Below are positions 19,495-29,463 of a stretch of DNA of 64,000 bases, piece after piece. A program made the translations under genes and the position numbers. The DNA lies in contig CACAYF010000001.1 in NCBI GenBank assembly GCA_902536655.1, positions 39,627 through 103,626 on the forward strand. The letters are read 5' to 3'. The notes under the pieces were generated by a model. It saw nothing but the letters and a program-made list of their open reading frames with translations, did no database searches and had not been told where the DNA came from. The first letter of the stretch is position 1, and each line of letters begins with the position of its first letter. This DNA is from an uncultured Alphaproteobacteria bacterium. GTDB taxonomy: Bacteria > Pseudomonadota > Alphaproteobacteria > Methylaequorales > Methylaequoraceae.

Positions 19495-19872
19495 ATGAAA
19501 ATTTTACAGGGTATTGATCTTTTAAAGAAAGAAAGGATTCAAAAAGTATACTTAAAGTTTGGAGATAAGTTTTTATCTAGAATTTTTTCATTTAAAGAAA
19601 TAGAGCAAATAAAAGATAACAATAAATATACCAATAAAATTGCTTCGAAATTTTCGGCTAAAGAAGCTACCTCTAAGGCGATTGGAACTGGTTTCTCCGA
19701 GGGAGTAAAATTTAAAGATATAGAAATACTCAATAAAGATAATGGTAAACCTTTTGTAAAACTTCATGGTAAAGCAAGCCTTAAAATTGATGAGATATTA
19801 TCGTCCAGCGTTTCAATAAGTGATGAGGATGATCTTGTAATTACAATTGTGACATTTATTGTTAAAAATTGA
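19495..19872 (+). CDS. acpS: Holo-[acyl-carrier-protein] synthase
   Basis: 125 aa; GIDLL..ERI, ASKFSAKEATSKAIGTG and KDIEILNKDNGKP match the AcpS family. Confidence 0.7.
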   Translation: MKILQGIDLLKKERIQKVYLKFGDKFLSRIFSFKEIEQIKDNNKYTNKIASKFSAKEATSKAIGTGFSEGVKFKDIEILNKDNGKPFVKLHGKASLKIDEILSSSVSISDEDDLVITIVTFIVKN

Positions 19873-20025
19873 GAATCAAAACTTGATAGGTTTATATATT
19901 TATCTTTCTAAAAATTTTTTCTAGAATTTAATTATAATTGTGACAAATTTCAAAATTATTTTGATTAATATTTTCTTTATTATTAAATTCTTTATCCACT
20001 TTATATTTTTTTTTTTTCTATTAAT

Positions 20026-21291
20026 ATGTTGATAACAATGGATGATTTTTCTCAAACATTTACAAAAGATTCTATCTTAAAAAAATTTCATGCTGTGAGA
20101 AAACAGTCATTAAAATTGATTAAACCACTTGAAGCTGAAGATATGGTTATTCAAACAGAAACTTTTGTAAGTCCAATTAAATGGCATTTAGGACATACTA
20201 CTTGGTTTTTTGAGAAATTCTTATTAATCCCTAATCTCAAAAATTATATATCGTTTGATGAATCTTTCGATTATATTTTCAATTCATACTACTTAGGTGT
20301 AGGTTCATTCAATGAAAAGTCAAAAAGGGGATTTCTAAATAGACCATTTTATCAAAGGGTACTTGAATATAGAAAGTATGTAGACTCTTATATGAACGAT
20401 TTATTAAATTTGAAATTATCTCAAGACTTAAACTTTAAAGTTGAATTAGGCATTAATCACGAGCAGCAACATCAAGAGCTTATTTTAATGGACATTAAAC
20501 ATATATTTTTTAGTAACCCATTAAAACCTAAGTTTTTAGAAACTAAAAAAAATCATAAAAAAAAGGAAGTTAGATATTCAAATGAATTTAAATGTAATGA
20601 AAATAAAAAATTTAAATTTGGGAATAATGCAGAAAATTTTTTTTATGATAATGAAAGCCCAAGTTCTTTTTGTTATTTGCAGCCTTTTAGACTTGATAAT
20701 TTTGTAACAAATAAAGATTGGAAGGAATTCATGAGTGAAGGTGGATATGAGAATTTTAAATATTGGCTTTCTGATGGATGGGACTTCATTCAGAAAAATA
20801 AAATTAGAAAACCAATGTATTGGGTTGATTCTAATAATTATTTTACTTTTTATGGTGTAAAAAAAATTTTAGACCAATTACCAGTTTCAAATATTAGTTA
20901 TTATGAAGCTCAAGCTTTCGCAAACTATAAAAAAAAAAGACTGCCAACAGAATTCGAGATGGAATTTGTTTTGAGTAGTTCTAAAAAAAATGGAAATTTT
21001 CTTGAACAAGCGAATTTTGAAGAGATTAATTATAACACAGAGCTTTTTAATATGTCATTTTATGGTAATCTTTGGGTCTGGACATCCAGTTATTACGTAC
21101 CCTATAAAAATTACAAACCTTTTAAAAATAATCTATCAGAATATAATTCAAAATTTATGTGCAATCAATTAGTACTCAAGGGTGGCTCATTTGCATCACC
21201 CAAGAGCCATATAAGACCCTCTTATCGAAATTTTTATTATCCTCAAGATAGATGGCAGTTTTCTGGTTTAAGGTTGGCAGAGGATATTTAA
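20026..21291 (+). CDS. egtB: Ergothioneine biosynthesis sulfoxide synthase EgtB (DinB_2 + FGE-sulfatase domains)
   Basis: WHLGHTTWFFEKFLL and NHEQQHQELIL (DinB His triad); C-terminal KGGSFASPKSHIRPSYRNFYYPQDRWQFSGLRLAEDI FGE domain. At 421 aa it is not the longer OvoA. Confidence 0.7.
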   Translation: MLITMDDFSQTFTKDSILKKFHAVRKQSLKLIKPLEAEDMVIQTETFVSPIKWHLGHTTWFFEKFLLIPNLKNYISFDESFDYIFNSYYLGVGSFNEKSKRGFLNRPFYQRVLEYRKYVDSYMNDLLNLKLSQDLNFKVELGINHEQQHQELILMDIKHIFFSNPLKPKFLETKKNHKKKEVRYSNEFKCNENKKFKFGNNAENFFYDNESPSSFCYLQPFRLDNFVTNKDWKEFMSEGGYENFKYWLSDGWDFIQKNKIRKPMYWVDSNNYFTFYGVKKILDQLPVSNISYYEAQAFANYKKKRLPTEFEMEFVLSSSKKNGNFLEQANFEEINYNTELFNMSFYGNLWVWTSSYYVPYKNYKPFKNNLSEYNSKFMCNQLVLKGGSFASPKSHIRPSYRNFYYPQDRWQFSGLRLAEDI

Positions 21292-22259
21292 TGAATAATT
21301 TAGACTTTCTAAATTTTTTTGATTCTATTGAGGATCACTCTCTGACAGTGTTAAAGGGTTTAGATTCAAAACCTCAAAAAAAAATTAATTCCAAATATTT
21401 TTATGACAAAAAAGGATCAATATTATTCGATAAAATTACAAAACTAGCTGACTATTATCCCTCAAAAATTGAATGTGAAATTTTAGAAAAAAATAGGGAT
21501 AATATAAGAAAAATGTTACCTTCAAATTCTGTTATTATAGAATTTGGAAGTGGCTCAAACCGGAAAATAAAAAAATTACTGAATGCTATTGATAAACCAA
21601 TCGAATATATTCCAATTGACATAAGCAAAGAGTTTTTATTTAAAAATGCTAAAGACTCAGCAAAAGATTTTCCAAATCTAAAAATTAAAGCAATTTGTGC
21701 AGATTTTAATCAGATAGATGTACTACAAAGAATTATAGGAAAAAAAAAATCGAAAATTGGTTTCTTTCCTGGCTCTACAGTGGGAAATTATAGTCCAGAG
21801 GACGCAAAAAAATTATTAATTAACTTTTCAAGAATTCTTGGAGATGAAAGTCATCTTGTAATTGGTGTTGATTTAAAAAAGGATATAGAAGTTTTAGAAA
21901 AAGCATATAATGACTCTAAAGGAATAACCGCTGAATTTAATAAAAATATTCTTAATGGTGTGAATAAAATATGTGGCACCATATTTGATTCAAAACTTTT
22001 TTATCATAAAGCCTTCTTTAATAAAAAAAAGAGTAGGATAGAAATGCATTTAGTGAGTAAAAAAAAACAAATAGTTGAAATATTAAATACAAAAATTCAT
22101 TTTAAAGAAGGAGAAACTATTCATACTGAAAATTCTTATAAATATACCTTAAGTAGTTTTCAGAATTTAGCGGAGTTGTCAAATTTTCAAATCATAGATG
22201 TCCTAAAAGATAAGAGATCCTTTTTTGGTGTATTCATTTTGAAAGTAAAAAGTATTTGA
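21291..22259 (+). CDS. egtD: L-histidine N-alpha-methyltransferase EgtD
   Basis: EFGSGSNRKIKKLLNAI...YIPIDIS matches the EgtD ELGSGSS...YVPVDVS signature. The start overlaps the egtB stop (TAATG). Confidence 0.65.
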   Translation: MNNLDFLNFFDSIEDHSLTVLKGLDSKPQKKINSKYFYDKKGSILFDKITKLADYYPSKIECEILEKNRDNIRKMLPSNSVIIEFGSGSNRKIKKLLNAIDKPIEYIPIDISKEFLFKNAKDSAKDFPNLKIKAICADFNQIDVLQRIIGKKKSKIGFFPGSTVGNYSPEDAKKLLINFSRILGDESHLVIGVDLKKDIEVLEKAYNDSKGITAEFNKNILNGVNKICGTIFDSKLFYHKAFFNKKKSRIEMHLVSKKKQIVEILNTKIHFKEGETIHTENSYKYTLSSFQNLAELSNFQIIDVLKDKRSFFGVFILKVKSI

Positions 22260-23392
22260 AATATATTAATTTTAATAACGCAGGATCTAGCAAGCCACTC
22301 AACATTGTTAATGAAGAAATAAATAGTTTTTTAGAAATTGAGAATAATTATGGCGGATATTATGCAGTTGTTAAATTTAAAAATAAGTTAAATTGCTTTT
22401 ACAATAATCTTTCGAAATTAATAAATTGTAAACAAAAAGAAATATCTTTTTTAACAAGTACGACGCTGGCATGGAATTTATTTTTTAATTCACTGCAAAT
22501 AAAAAAGAATCAAAATATTCTTATTTTTGAAAATGAATACGGAAGTAATCTTATTTATTACAAAAATAAAAGACACAATTTAAAAATTGTCAATATTAAA
22601 AAAAATGGAAAAGTTTGTTTTGAAGACTTAAAAAAGAAAATTAATAAATATACCAAAGTAGTTTCTTTGTGTCATGTTGCAACGCATTGTGGAAATAAAA
22701 TTGAAGCTGAAAAGATTTGCAATTATGTAAAAGAGCTTTTTCCAGAAGTTATATGCGTACTTGATGCATGTCAATCTATTGGACAGGTAGAAGTTGATGT
22801 AAAGAAAATTAATTGTGATGTTCTTGTTGGTTCTGGAAGAAAATATCTAAGGGGTCCTCGAGGTACAGGGTTTATTTACATCAATGAAAAAATAAGAAAT
22901 AAAATTAGTCCCATGATTTTGGATATGAAAAATTCTGAAATAATTGGTGATAAAATAAAAATCAAAAAATCTCATATTTTTGAGAATTATGAATTCTCAC
23001 CCTCTCTGCAAGTTGGATTAAGTAAAGCTCTCGAAAAAGTTAATGAATATGGAATATATAACATTGAACAAAATATTATTAAGAAAAGTAAATATTTCAG
23101 AAAGAAACTTGAAAATTTTAATCAAATTACATTCTTTGAAAATTTGAATACGCTGACTGGGATTAATACATTAAAGATAAAAGGTTTGAGTTCATTAAAA
23201 ATTTACACATACTTACTTTCAAAAGGAATTCTTTGTTCTATATCAAAATATTCATCAAGTTTACTTTATTTTAATAAGCTTACAGTGAATGATTTAATTA
23301 GAATATCTATACATCAATATAATACATATGACGATATAAACTATTTAGTTAAATGTTTAATTGACTTAATTACAAAAAAAGCAATTATATAA
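22256..23392 (+). CDS. egtE: PLP-dependent class V aminotransferase / C-S lyase (EgtE-like)
   Basis: GSGRKYLRGPRGTGFIYI PLP-lysine region; ATGA overlap with egtD. Confidence 0.55.
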   Translation: MKYINFNNAGSSKPLNIVNEEINSFLEIENNYGGYYAVVKFKNKLNCFYNNLSKLINCKQKEISFLTSTTLAWNLFFNSLQIKKNQNILIFENEYGSNLIYYKNKRHNLKIVNIKKNGKVCFEDLKKKINKYTKVVSLCHVATHCGNKIEAEKICNYVKELFPEVICVLDACQSIGQVEVDVKKINCDVLVGSGRKYLRGPRGTGFIYINEKIRNKISPMILDMKNSEIIGDKIKIKKSHIFENYEFSPSLQVGLSKALEKVNEYGIYNIEQNIIKKSKYFRKKLENFNQITFFENLNTLTGINTLKIKGLSSLKIYTYLLSKGILCSISKYSSSLLYFNKLTVNDLIRISIHQYNTYDDINYLVKCLIDLITKKAII

Positions 23393-23394
23393 AT

Positions 23395-23778
23395 ATGAAT
23401 GTAGAGAAATTTATAAGATTAATACAAGTAACTTCTGTACTTTTAATTCTTGTTGGTGCCGTAGTTGGTTTCATTAGTGAAATCAATCTGATGATTGAAA
23501 AAATGAAAGTCGAGCTTGCAGATCTCTTACTTCTTTTTATTTATGTTGAGGTAATGGGAATGATAAGGGTATATCTTCTTAATGAAGAAATACGAATCAC
23601 ATACCCTCTGATAATTGCAATAACGGCTATTTCAAGACTAATAATACTGCAAAAAAAGGATCTCGATCCATCTATACTTATTTATGAATCTTTAGCAATA
23701 CTCATAATTGCCATTGCAATTATTGTATTGAGATTGAGATATTTGACATTTCTTAAGCCAAAAAGAAATTATAAATAA
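23395..23778 (+). CDS. small polytopic membrane protein (127 aa), hypothetical
   Basis: Four hydrophobic segments; lies immediately after egtE. Confidence 0.3.
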   Translation: MNVEKFIRLIQVTSVLLILVGAVVGFISEINLMIEKMKVELADLLLLFIYVEVMGMIRVYLLNEEIRITYPLIIAITAISRLIILQKKDLDPSILIYESLAILIIAIAIIVLRLRYLTFLKPKRNYK

Positions 23779-23788
23779 ATATTAAATC

Positions 23789-24505
23789 TTGATGCATTCA
23801 AAATTTATTCAAAAACTTTTTTTTTACAACAACTGTACCTTTATTTTGTTTGTACTACTCTTTCTATTTTATCCAAGTTTGGATATTTATTTTTCTAGTC
23901 TTTTTTTTAATGAAAATCAGTTTCTTTCTGAAAAATATACGTTTATAAAAGTTTTAAGGGTTTATTTAAAAAACCTTATGATAATTATTCCAGTAATTTC
24001 TCTTCTAATCCTGTTCATAGACTATATTAACAAAAAACAGAATATGAGAAGATTAATAAATCAAAGAACTAAGTTCTCATTAATAGGTTTAATTGTTGGC
24101 CCAATTTTGGGTTGTGGGATAATCGCCAACTTATATTTCAAAGATACTTGGGGAAGGGCTAGACCAGTTCATGTAGAGGAATTTGGTGGAAACAAAATCT
24201 TTACTCCTGCTTTTTTAAAGTCTGATCAGTGTGAAAAAAATTGTTCTTGGATCAGTGGAGAAACGTCTGCAGCATTCTCATTAACAGTTGGCACAATACT
24301 ACTTAAAAATCCTATTTTTTTTCTAATGAATTTAATTCTGGGTTTTTTAGTTTTCTTTTGTAGACTTTCCATGGGAGGACACTTTTTCAGTGACAATATT
24401 TTCGCTATGATTTTTATGATCTATTTAGCGATATTTTACAAAAATATAATTTATCTACATTTGAGAAAAAAATTATTTTATGAAAAAAGTTTTAATAATA
24501 ACTGA
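23789..24505 (+). CDS. PAP2-family membrane phosphatase (candidate lipid A / undecaprenyl-PP phosphatase)
   Basis: KDTWGRARP (K-x6-RP) and RLSMGGHFFSD (R-x5-H-x3-D) PAP2 motifs. Confidence 0.55.
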   Translation: MMHSKFIQKLFFYNNCTFILFVLLFLFYPSLDIYFSSLFFNENQFLSEKYTFIKVLRVYLKNLMIIIPVISLLILFIDYINKKQNMRRLINQRTKFSLIGLIVGPILGCGIIANLYFKDTWGRARPVHVEEFGGNKIFTPAFLKSDQCEKNCSWISGETSAAFSLTVGTILLKNPIFFLMNLILGFLVFFCRLSMGGHFFSDNIFAMIFMIYLAIFYKNIIYLHLRKKLFYEKSFNNN

Positions 24506-25418
24506 TGAAAAAAAAAGTAGTTATAATCAATGTGATGCTCTTTTATATTATTTAAAAAAAAAAGTTAAAATAAAAACAGAGCATTTAAAAATTGAAAGAG
24601 AATTAACTCACACTTTACCCAATTTTGTTATTTATACATATTTGTATATAAAATCATTTTTTAAAAAAAAAAATAAGAATCAAATTGCAGATTTTATTAT
24701 CTCCTGTGGAAGAATAAGTGCTCCATATAGTTTAATACTAAAAAAATTTAACAAAGAATGTAAAGTCTTTCATATATTAGATCCTTATTTTCTAAGAAAT
24801 CGCTTTGATAAAATATTAATTCCATCTCACGACTTTCAAAAGTTTTATAAACGCAACAATGTGCTAGAGTTTGTGGGAACCTTTGTTGTTAAAAGAAAAT
24901 TACCCAATAATTATGTAAAAAATTTTAAGGAAATTGAATCAATAAAAAATATAATAGCTTGCTTTGTAGGTGGAGATGGTAAGAGTTCTAAAATCTTAAT
25001 TTCGGAAATAAATGATCTTGTTGACAAAATAAATCTAATTGGTGATGGATACAGGGTTGTATATTGTTTTTCAAGAAGAACAAGTAAAATAACAAAAAAA
25101 ATTATCTGTAAAAGAAAAAAAGACGATCATTATTGTTATGATTATAAAGACAAAAATCCATATTGGTACTTGATAAATAAATCATCACATTTTATTGTTA
25201 CAGAGGATTCTGTTAGTATGATATCAGATGCTGCTTTTACAGGAAAACCTGTTTACGTAGCTAGGATAAATAATATAAAAGATAAAATAAAAGATTTTGT
25301 AAAGAATTTAGAAGAAAAAGGTGTCGTAAAATTTTTTGACGGTGAAATTCGAAGTTGGAAATATAAAAAAATAAATGAGTCAAAGAGAATCGCAGATCAT
25401 CTTATCAAAATAATTTAA
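24480..25418 (+). CDS. hypothetical protein (ELM1/DUF1022-like?)
   Basis: 312 aa, no firm motif. Confidence 0.2.
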   Translation: MKKVLIITDEKKSSYNQCDALLYYLKKKVKIKTEHLKIERELTHTLPNFVIYTYLYIKSFFKKKNKNQIADFIISCGRISAPYSLILKKFNKECKVFHILDPYFLRNRFDKILIPSHDFQKFYKRNNVLEFVGTFVVKRKLPNNYVKNFKEIESIKNIIACFVGGDGKSSKILISEINDLVDKINLIGDGYRVVYCFSRRTSKITKKIICKRKKDDHYCYDYKDKNPYWYLINKSSHFIVTEDSVSMISDAAFTGKPVYVARINNIKDKIKDFVKNLEEKGVVKFFDGEIRSWKYKKINESKRIADHLIKII

Positions 25419-26275
25419 TTGTTCCATCTATTATGAAACCAAATCCACTGTTCTGGTTTTTGTTTTATCCATATTTCAACATATTTATTCAAATGATTCA
25501 TAATTTCTTTTTCATTACCAATTTGTTTAAGTTCATCAGGAGAAATTGGTTTCGCATAAGAAATTTTGAAATTTGTAGCATTTTCTCTAAAACATACTGC
25601 AGGTATTATGGGACAATCATATTTTAAAGCAAATTTGGCAATTGCAGACGGAGATTTAACAGATTGTCCAAAAAATTTTGTAGAAATACCGTCATTCATT
25701 TTTTGATCTATAAGCATTCCAATATGTCCACCTTTACTTCTCATTATTTTGAGGCACTGTTTAGCTCCATCAGCACCTTTTCTAATTAAACCAACTCCAT
25801 AACCTAAGCGTATCTTTCTGAGAATTTTATCAACTAAATGATTATTTGGAGCTCTGTATATAAAATTTATTTTAAAGCCTTTTTGGGTAAGTAGATGAGA
25901 AGTTAATTCCCAGTTACCGATATGTGCAGAAAAAAATAAACAATTAGAGTATTTTTTCATTGGACCAATTAAGTTTTCCTCATTCTCAACAATTATATTA
26001 TTTTTTTTTCCAAGTTTAATTTTATTAAGATTTGGATATTCGCCAACAACTCTTCCAAAATGAAACCACATCCTACTAATTATAGTGTTAAGTTCTTGTG
26101 AACTTATTTTCGGGAAAACTCTCATAATATTTTTTTTTACAACTAAATTTCTCTTTGAAAAAAAACCATATAAAGAAAAAATCACTCCTCCAGTTAATGA
26201 TGATAGTCTAAGCCCGAGTAGTTTAAATAATAAAAAAAAGAAAATTACTATTATATATTCTAAAATATTTCTCAA
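25415..26275 (-). CDS. Lipid A biosynthesis lauroyl/myristoyl acyltransferase (LpxL/HtrB family)
   Basis: N-terminal TM, HIGNWEL (H-x4-E/D acyltransferase motif), 286 aa. Confidence 0.6.
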   Translation of the reverse strand: MRNILEYIIVIFFFLLFKLLGLRLSSLTGGVIFSLYGFFSKRNLVVKKNIMRVFPKISSQELNTIISRMWFHFGRVVGEYPNLNKIKLGKKNNIIVENEENLIGPMKKYSNCLFFSAHIGNWELTSHLLTQKGFKINFIYRAPNNHLVDKILRKIRLGYGVGLIRKGADGAKQCLKIMRSKGGHIGMLIDQKMNDGISTKFFGQSVKSPSAIAKFALKYDCPIIPAVCFRENATNFKISYAKPISPDELKQIGNEKEIMNHLNKYVEIWIKQKPEQWIWFHNRWNN

Positions 26276-26291
26276 AAAACTCCCAAAAATC

Positions 26292-27026
26292 CTAATTTAT
26301 TACTATTATTGATGGAGGCAAAATATTATTTTGATTAATTGTTTTTTCAACTTCATACAAAGAAGATTGGAAAACTCTTTCTGAATTCATTGAAGCGTTT
26401 GAAACTATAAAAACTTTTGTTTTACGATCAACACCCATTTCAATTAAATCAGATGAAATTTTTTTTATTTGACTTACCCCCATATATATAATTATTCTAC
26501 CCTCGTTACCTACGATTTTCTTTAGATCCAGTGAAATAGAGCGATTATTAATTCTTCTATGACCAGTGATAAAGTTACAAACACCGTTTTGATTGAAAAA
26601 AGAAATGTTCGTTTTGTTGATTGCTGGTTGTGATGATGTAATTCCAGAAAAAATTTTATATTTTATCTGTTTTTTTTTAAGAAATTCTATTTCTTGACTT
26701 CCCCTGCTAAAAAAACTAGGGTCACCGCCCTTAAGTCTTAAAACTTTATTGTTTTTTTTGGCATGATCTACCATCCATTCATTTATTTCACTTTGAGAAC
26801 ATGCTCTTTTATTTTTTGTTTTACCTCCAAATATCTTTATTGCAGTTTTTTTTGTATTCTTTAAAAGTTCTTCATTTACTAAAGAGTCATATATAATAAC
26901 ATCTGCCTGTTTTATAGCTACATAAACTTTTAATGTTACTTGCTTTAAACAACCAGGTCCAGCGCCAGCAAGAATAACTGATCCTTTTTCAAAAACTAAA
27001 TTACTGGGTTTATAATTAATCTCCAT
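26292..27026 (-). CDS. Uroporphyrinogen-III C-methyltransferase (CobA/CysG methylase domain)
   Basis: VILAGAGPGC, YDSLV and GGDPSFFSRG tetrapyrrole-methylase motifs. The start is probably the internal Met (MEINYK), which avoids overlap with the divergent ABC gene. Confidence 0.6.
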   Translation of the reverse strand: MEINYKPSNLVFEKGSVILAGAGPGCLKQVTLKVYVAIKQADVIIYDSLVNEELLKNTKKTAIKIFGGKTKNKRACSQSEINEWMVDHAKKNNKVLRLKGGDPSFFSRGSQEIEFLKKKQIKYKIFSGITSSQPAINKTNISFFNQNGVCNFITGHRRINNRSISLDLKKIVGNEGRIIIYMGVSQIKKISSDLIEMGVDRKTKVFIVSNASMNSERVFQSSLYEVEKTINQNNILPPSIIVIN

Positions 27027-27049
27027 ATGATATCGTAGCATCAAAAGAC

Positions 27050-27772
27050 ATGAAAAATACAATCGTTTTAAAAAAAGTATCAATAAAATTAGATGGAAAA
27101 TTTGTTCTTAAAAATATATCTTTTTCCGCGAGTCCTGATAAACCTTTATGTATTATAGGAACAGGTTCTTCAGGAAAGAGTTCATTGTTAAAAAGTATTT
27201 TAGGTCTCGTGAAAATAAGCTCCGGTAAAATTTTTATAAATGGTCAATCAATTGAAGATAATAAAATAAGGAAAGTGTATGATACATTTGGAGTTGTATT
27301 TCAAAAAGATGCATTGTTTGATAGTTTAACTGTTTGGGAGAATATTATGTTTAGGAGCTTAAATGACTTCTCCAAGCAAGAGTTGATAAGAAAGTCTCTT
27401 TCAATTCTCAAAAAAGTCGGTTTGGCTAGAAATGATGCTTTCTTGTTTCCATCTGAGCTTTCAGGTGGAATGAGAAAAAGAGTAGCAATTGCTAGAGCCA
27501 TTTCTCACAAACCAAAGTTTTTGGTGCTAGACGAACCCACCGCAGGTTTGGATCCAGTTAAAACTAATGTTATCTTTAATATTATCAAGAAATTATCCAA
27601 TAATAGCAATACGACATTGATTGTCGTAACATCTGACATGCGTGGTGTTTTGAAGTATTTTGAAGAGGTTGTGGTTCTTGAAAACTCGGGTTTACACTGG
27701 CTAGGTTCAGTTGCTCAGGTAAAAAAAAAACCTACTAAATATTTAAAAAAAATGTTTGAAAGAGTGGCATAA
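27050..27772 (+). CDS. ABC transporter ATP-binding protein
   Basis: Walker A GTGSSGKSS, signature LSGGMRKRVAIARA, Walker B LVLDEPTAGLD. Confidence 0.65.
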   Translation: MKNTIVLKKVSIKLDGKFVLKNISFSASPDKPLCIIGTGSSGKSSLLKSILGLVKISSGKIFINGQSIEDNKIRKVYDTFGVVFQKDALFDSLTVWENIMFRSLNDFSKQELIRKSLSILKKVGLARNDAFLFPSELSGGMRKRVAIARAISHKPKFLVLDEPTAGLDPVKTNVIFNIIKKLSNNSNTTLIVVTSDMRGVLKYFEEVVVLENSGLHWLGSVAQVKKKPTKYLKKMFERVA

Positions 27773-27773
27773 C

Positions 27774-28166
27774 TCATTTTCTAATCAAGTCAGCACACCC
27801 TGCAGTTGCATCAATGCCAGATTCAACATAACAGGCACTCAGTCTGTTTTTAGTTAGGAGTTTTCCAAGATTGTAACCTCTACTATTTGAAGCGACCCAA
27901 GTAATAGTCTTGTTATCGGGATGAATCACCCCAAAAAAATTTTTGGTACCGTCTGTGTATGAAAAAGTACCTTTGAATCTTCGACCTTTTTGCTCTATAA
28001 TTTCAACTTTTTTTTCCCAAGTTCTAAATCCTCTTTGTTCTGATATAGTTTTGTTTTCTCCAATCCAAGTTCCAATTATATTTGGAACCTTCTCAGATGA
28101 AAAGACGTTGTTAAAGCTAATCATAGCAAAACAGAAAAAAGAGTAGATGAATATTCTAAAGTTCAT
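27774..28166 (-). CDS. secreted hypothetical protein (130 aa)
   Basis: N-terminal signal peptide, two C-terminal Cys. Confidence 0.3.
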   Translation of the reverse strand: MNFRIFIYSFFCFAMISFNNVFSSEKVPNIIGTWIGENKTISEQRGFRTWEKKVEIIEQKGRRFKGTFSYTDGTKNFFGVIHPDNKTITWVASNSRGYNLGKLLTKNRLSACYVESGIDATAGCADLIRK

Positions 28167-28208
28167 ATTATTATTATTGTTATAAATAAAAAAAATTCAA
28201 CAATTATA

Positions 28209-29459
28209 ATGAATATTGAATTTCTAAAAATATATTATTCAAAAAAAATACTATTAATATTTGTGATGGGTATCGCAAGTGGAATTCCTCTTTACATGAT
28301 TTTGTCAACTTTATTTATTTGGCTTACAAGAGAAAATATTGATATTTCCACAGTTGGTCTATTTGCGCTCACACAAATACCATGGAGTTTAAAATTCACT
28401 TGGGCCCCATTTATAGATAATTATAACATACCTATTTTAAGTAAATATTTTGGCCAAAGGAAATCCTGGTTGTTAATAACACAAATTTTGCTTATTTTTT
28501 CTTTGATTCTTTTAGGTTTTAGTGATCCTACTGAAAATCTAATTTTAACTGCATCTTTTGCCTTATTAACTGCTTTCTTTTCAGCCAATCAGGATATAAT
28601 TATAGATGCTTTTCGAATTGAAATTCTTGAGAATGAACTCCAAGGTGCAGGGGCTGCTGCTACACAGTTTGGATATAGAGTTGGGGGAATAATGGCAGGA
28701 GCAGGTTCTCTTTATCTTAAAAGTATTTTTAGTTGGTCAGAGGTTTTTATCTTAATTGCTCTAGTACTTTTATTTTTAATGATTTTGTGTATTTTTGTGT
28801 TTAAAACGAATTCTTATCATAAAAAAAGAAAACAAGACGGTTTACTTGCTCCTTTCAGAGAGTTTATAACAAGAAACTCAATTAAAAATTTAATTATTAT
28901 TCTTTTTTTCATTTTTTTCTTCAAATTTGGAGATGTAGTTGCAGGAATAATGGCAAATCCGTTTTACGTAAAAATTGGTTTTTCAAATATTGATATTGCT
29001 AACGCGAGTAAAATTTTTGGTGTTTTTATGACTTTATTTGGCGTTTTATGTGGAGGATATTTAGTTAAAAAAATAGGTTTAATTAACTCTTTAATTATTT
29101 CAGGTTTTTTTCAAATAGTATCAAATTTATTATATGTCTTATTGAATATAATTGGACCTGAATTTAATTTTCTTTTAATTACTGTTGCAGGTGAGAATTT
29201 TTCAGGTGGATTAGGTTCAGCTGCTTTTGTAGCCTATTTGTCAGTTCTTTGTAAAAAAGAATTTTCAGGAACACAGTATGCAATTTTATCATCAGTTATG
29301 GGTGTAGCAAGAACATTTTTATCTTCTCCTTCTGGTTTTATTGTAGAGTCTTTAGGATGGAGTTATTTTTTTGTATTATCAACAATATTTGGTTTGCCAG
29401 GTTTAATTATATTATTCTGGATGAAGCAAAGATTTCCTATTAAAATGCAGATTCCTTAA
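28209..29459 (+). CDS. ampG: AmpG-family MFS permease (muropeptide transporter-like)
   Basis: GIPLYMILSTLFIWLTRENIDISTVGLFALTQIPWSLKFTWAPFID parallels the AmpG N-terminal signature; polytopic. Confidence 0.55.
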   Translation: MNIEFLKIYYSKKILLIFVMGIASGIPLYMILSTLFIWLTRENIDISTVGLFALTQIPWSLKFTWAPFIDNYNIPILSKYFGQRKSWLLITQILLIFSLILLGFSDPTENLILTASFALLTAFFSANQDIIIDAFRIEILENELQGAGAAATQFGYRVGGIMAGAGSLYLKSIFSWSEVFILIALVLLFLMILCIFVFKTNSYHKKRKQDGLLAPFREFITRNSIKNLIIILFFIFFFKFGDVVAGIMANPFYVKIGFSNIDIANASKIFGVFMTLFGVLCGGYLVKKIGLINSLIISGFFQIVSNLLYVLLNIIGPEFNFLLITVAGENFSGGLGSAAFVAYLSVLCKKEFSGTQYAILSSVMGVARTFLSSPSGFIVESLGWSYFFVLSTIFGLPGLIILFWMKQRFPIKMQIP

Positions 29460-29463
29460 AAAA

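Noticed and set aside
27026-27083. Apparent 34-bp overlap of the divergent start codons of the CobA-like gene (minus) and the ABC ATPase (plus).
   Set aside because: Most simply explained by an over-extended CobA start. The internal Met (MEINYK...) immediately precedes the conserved GAGPG motif and removes the overlap.
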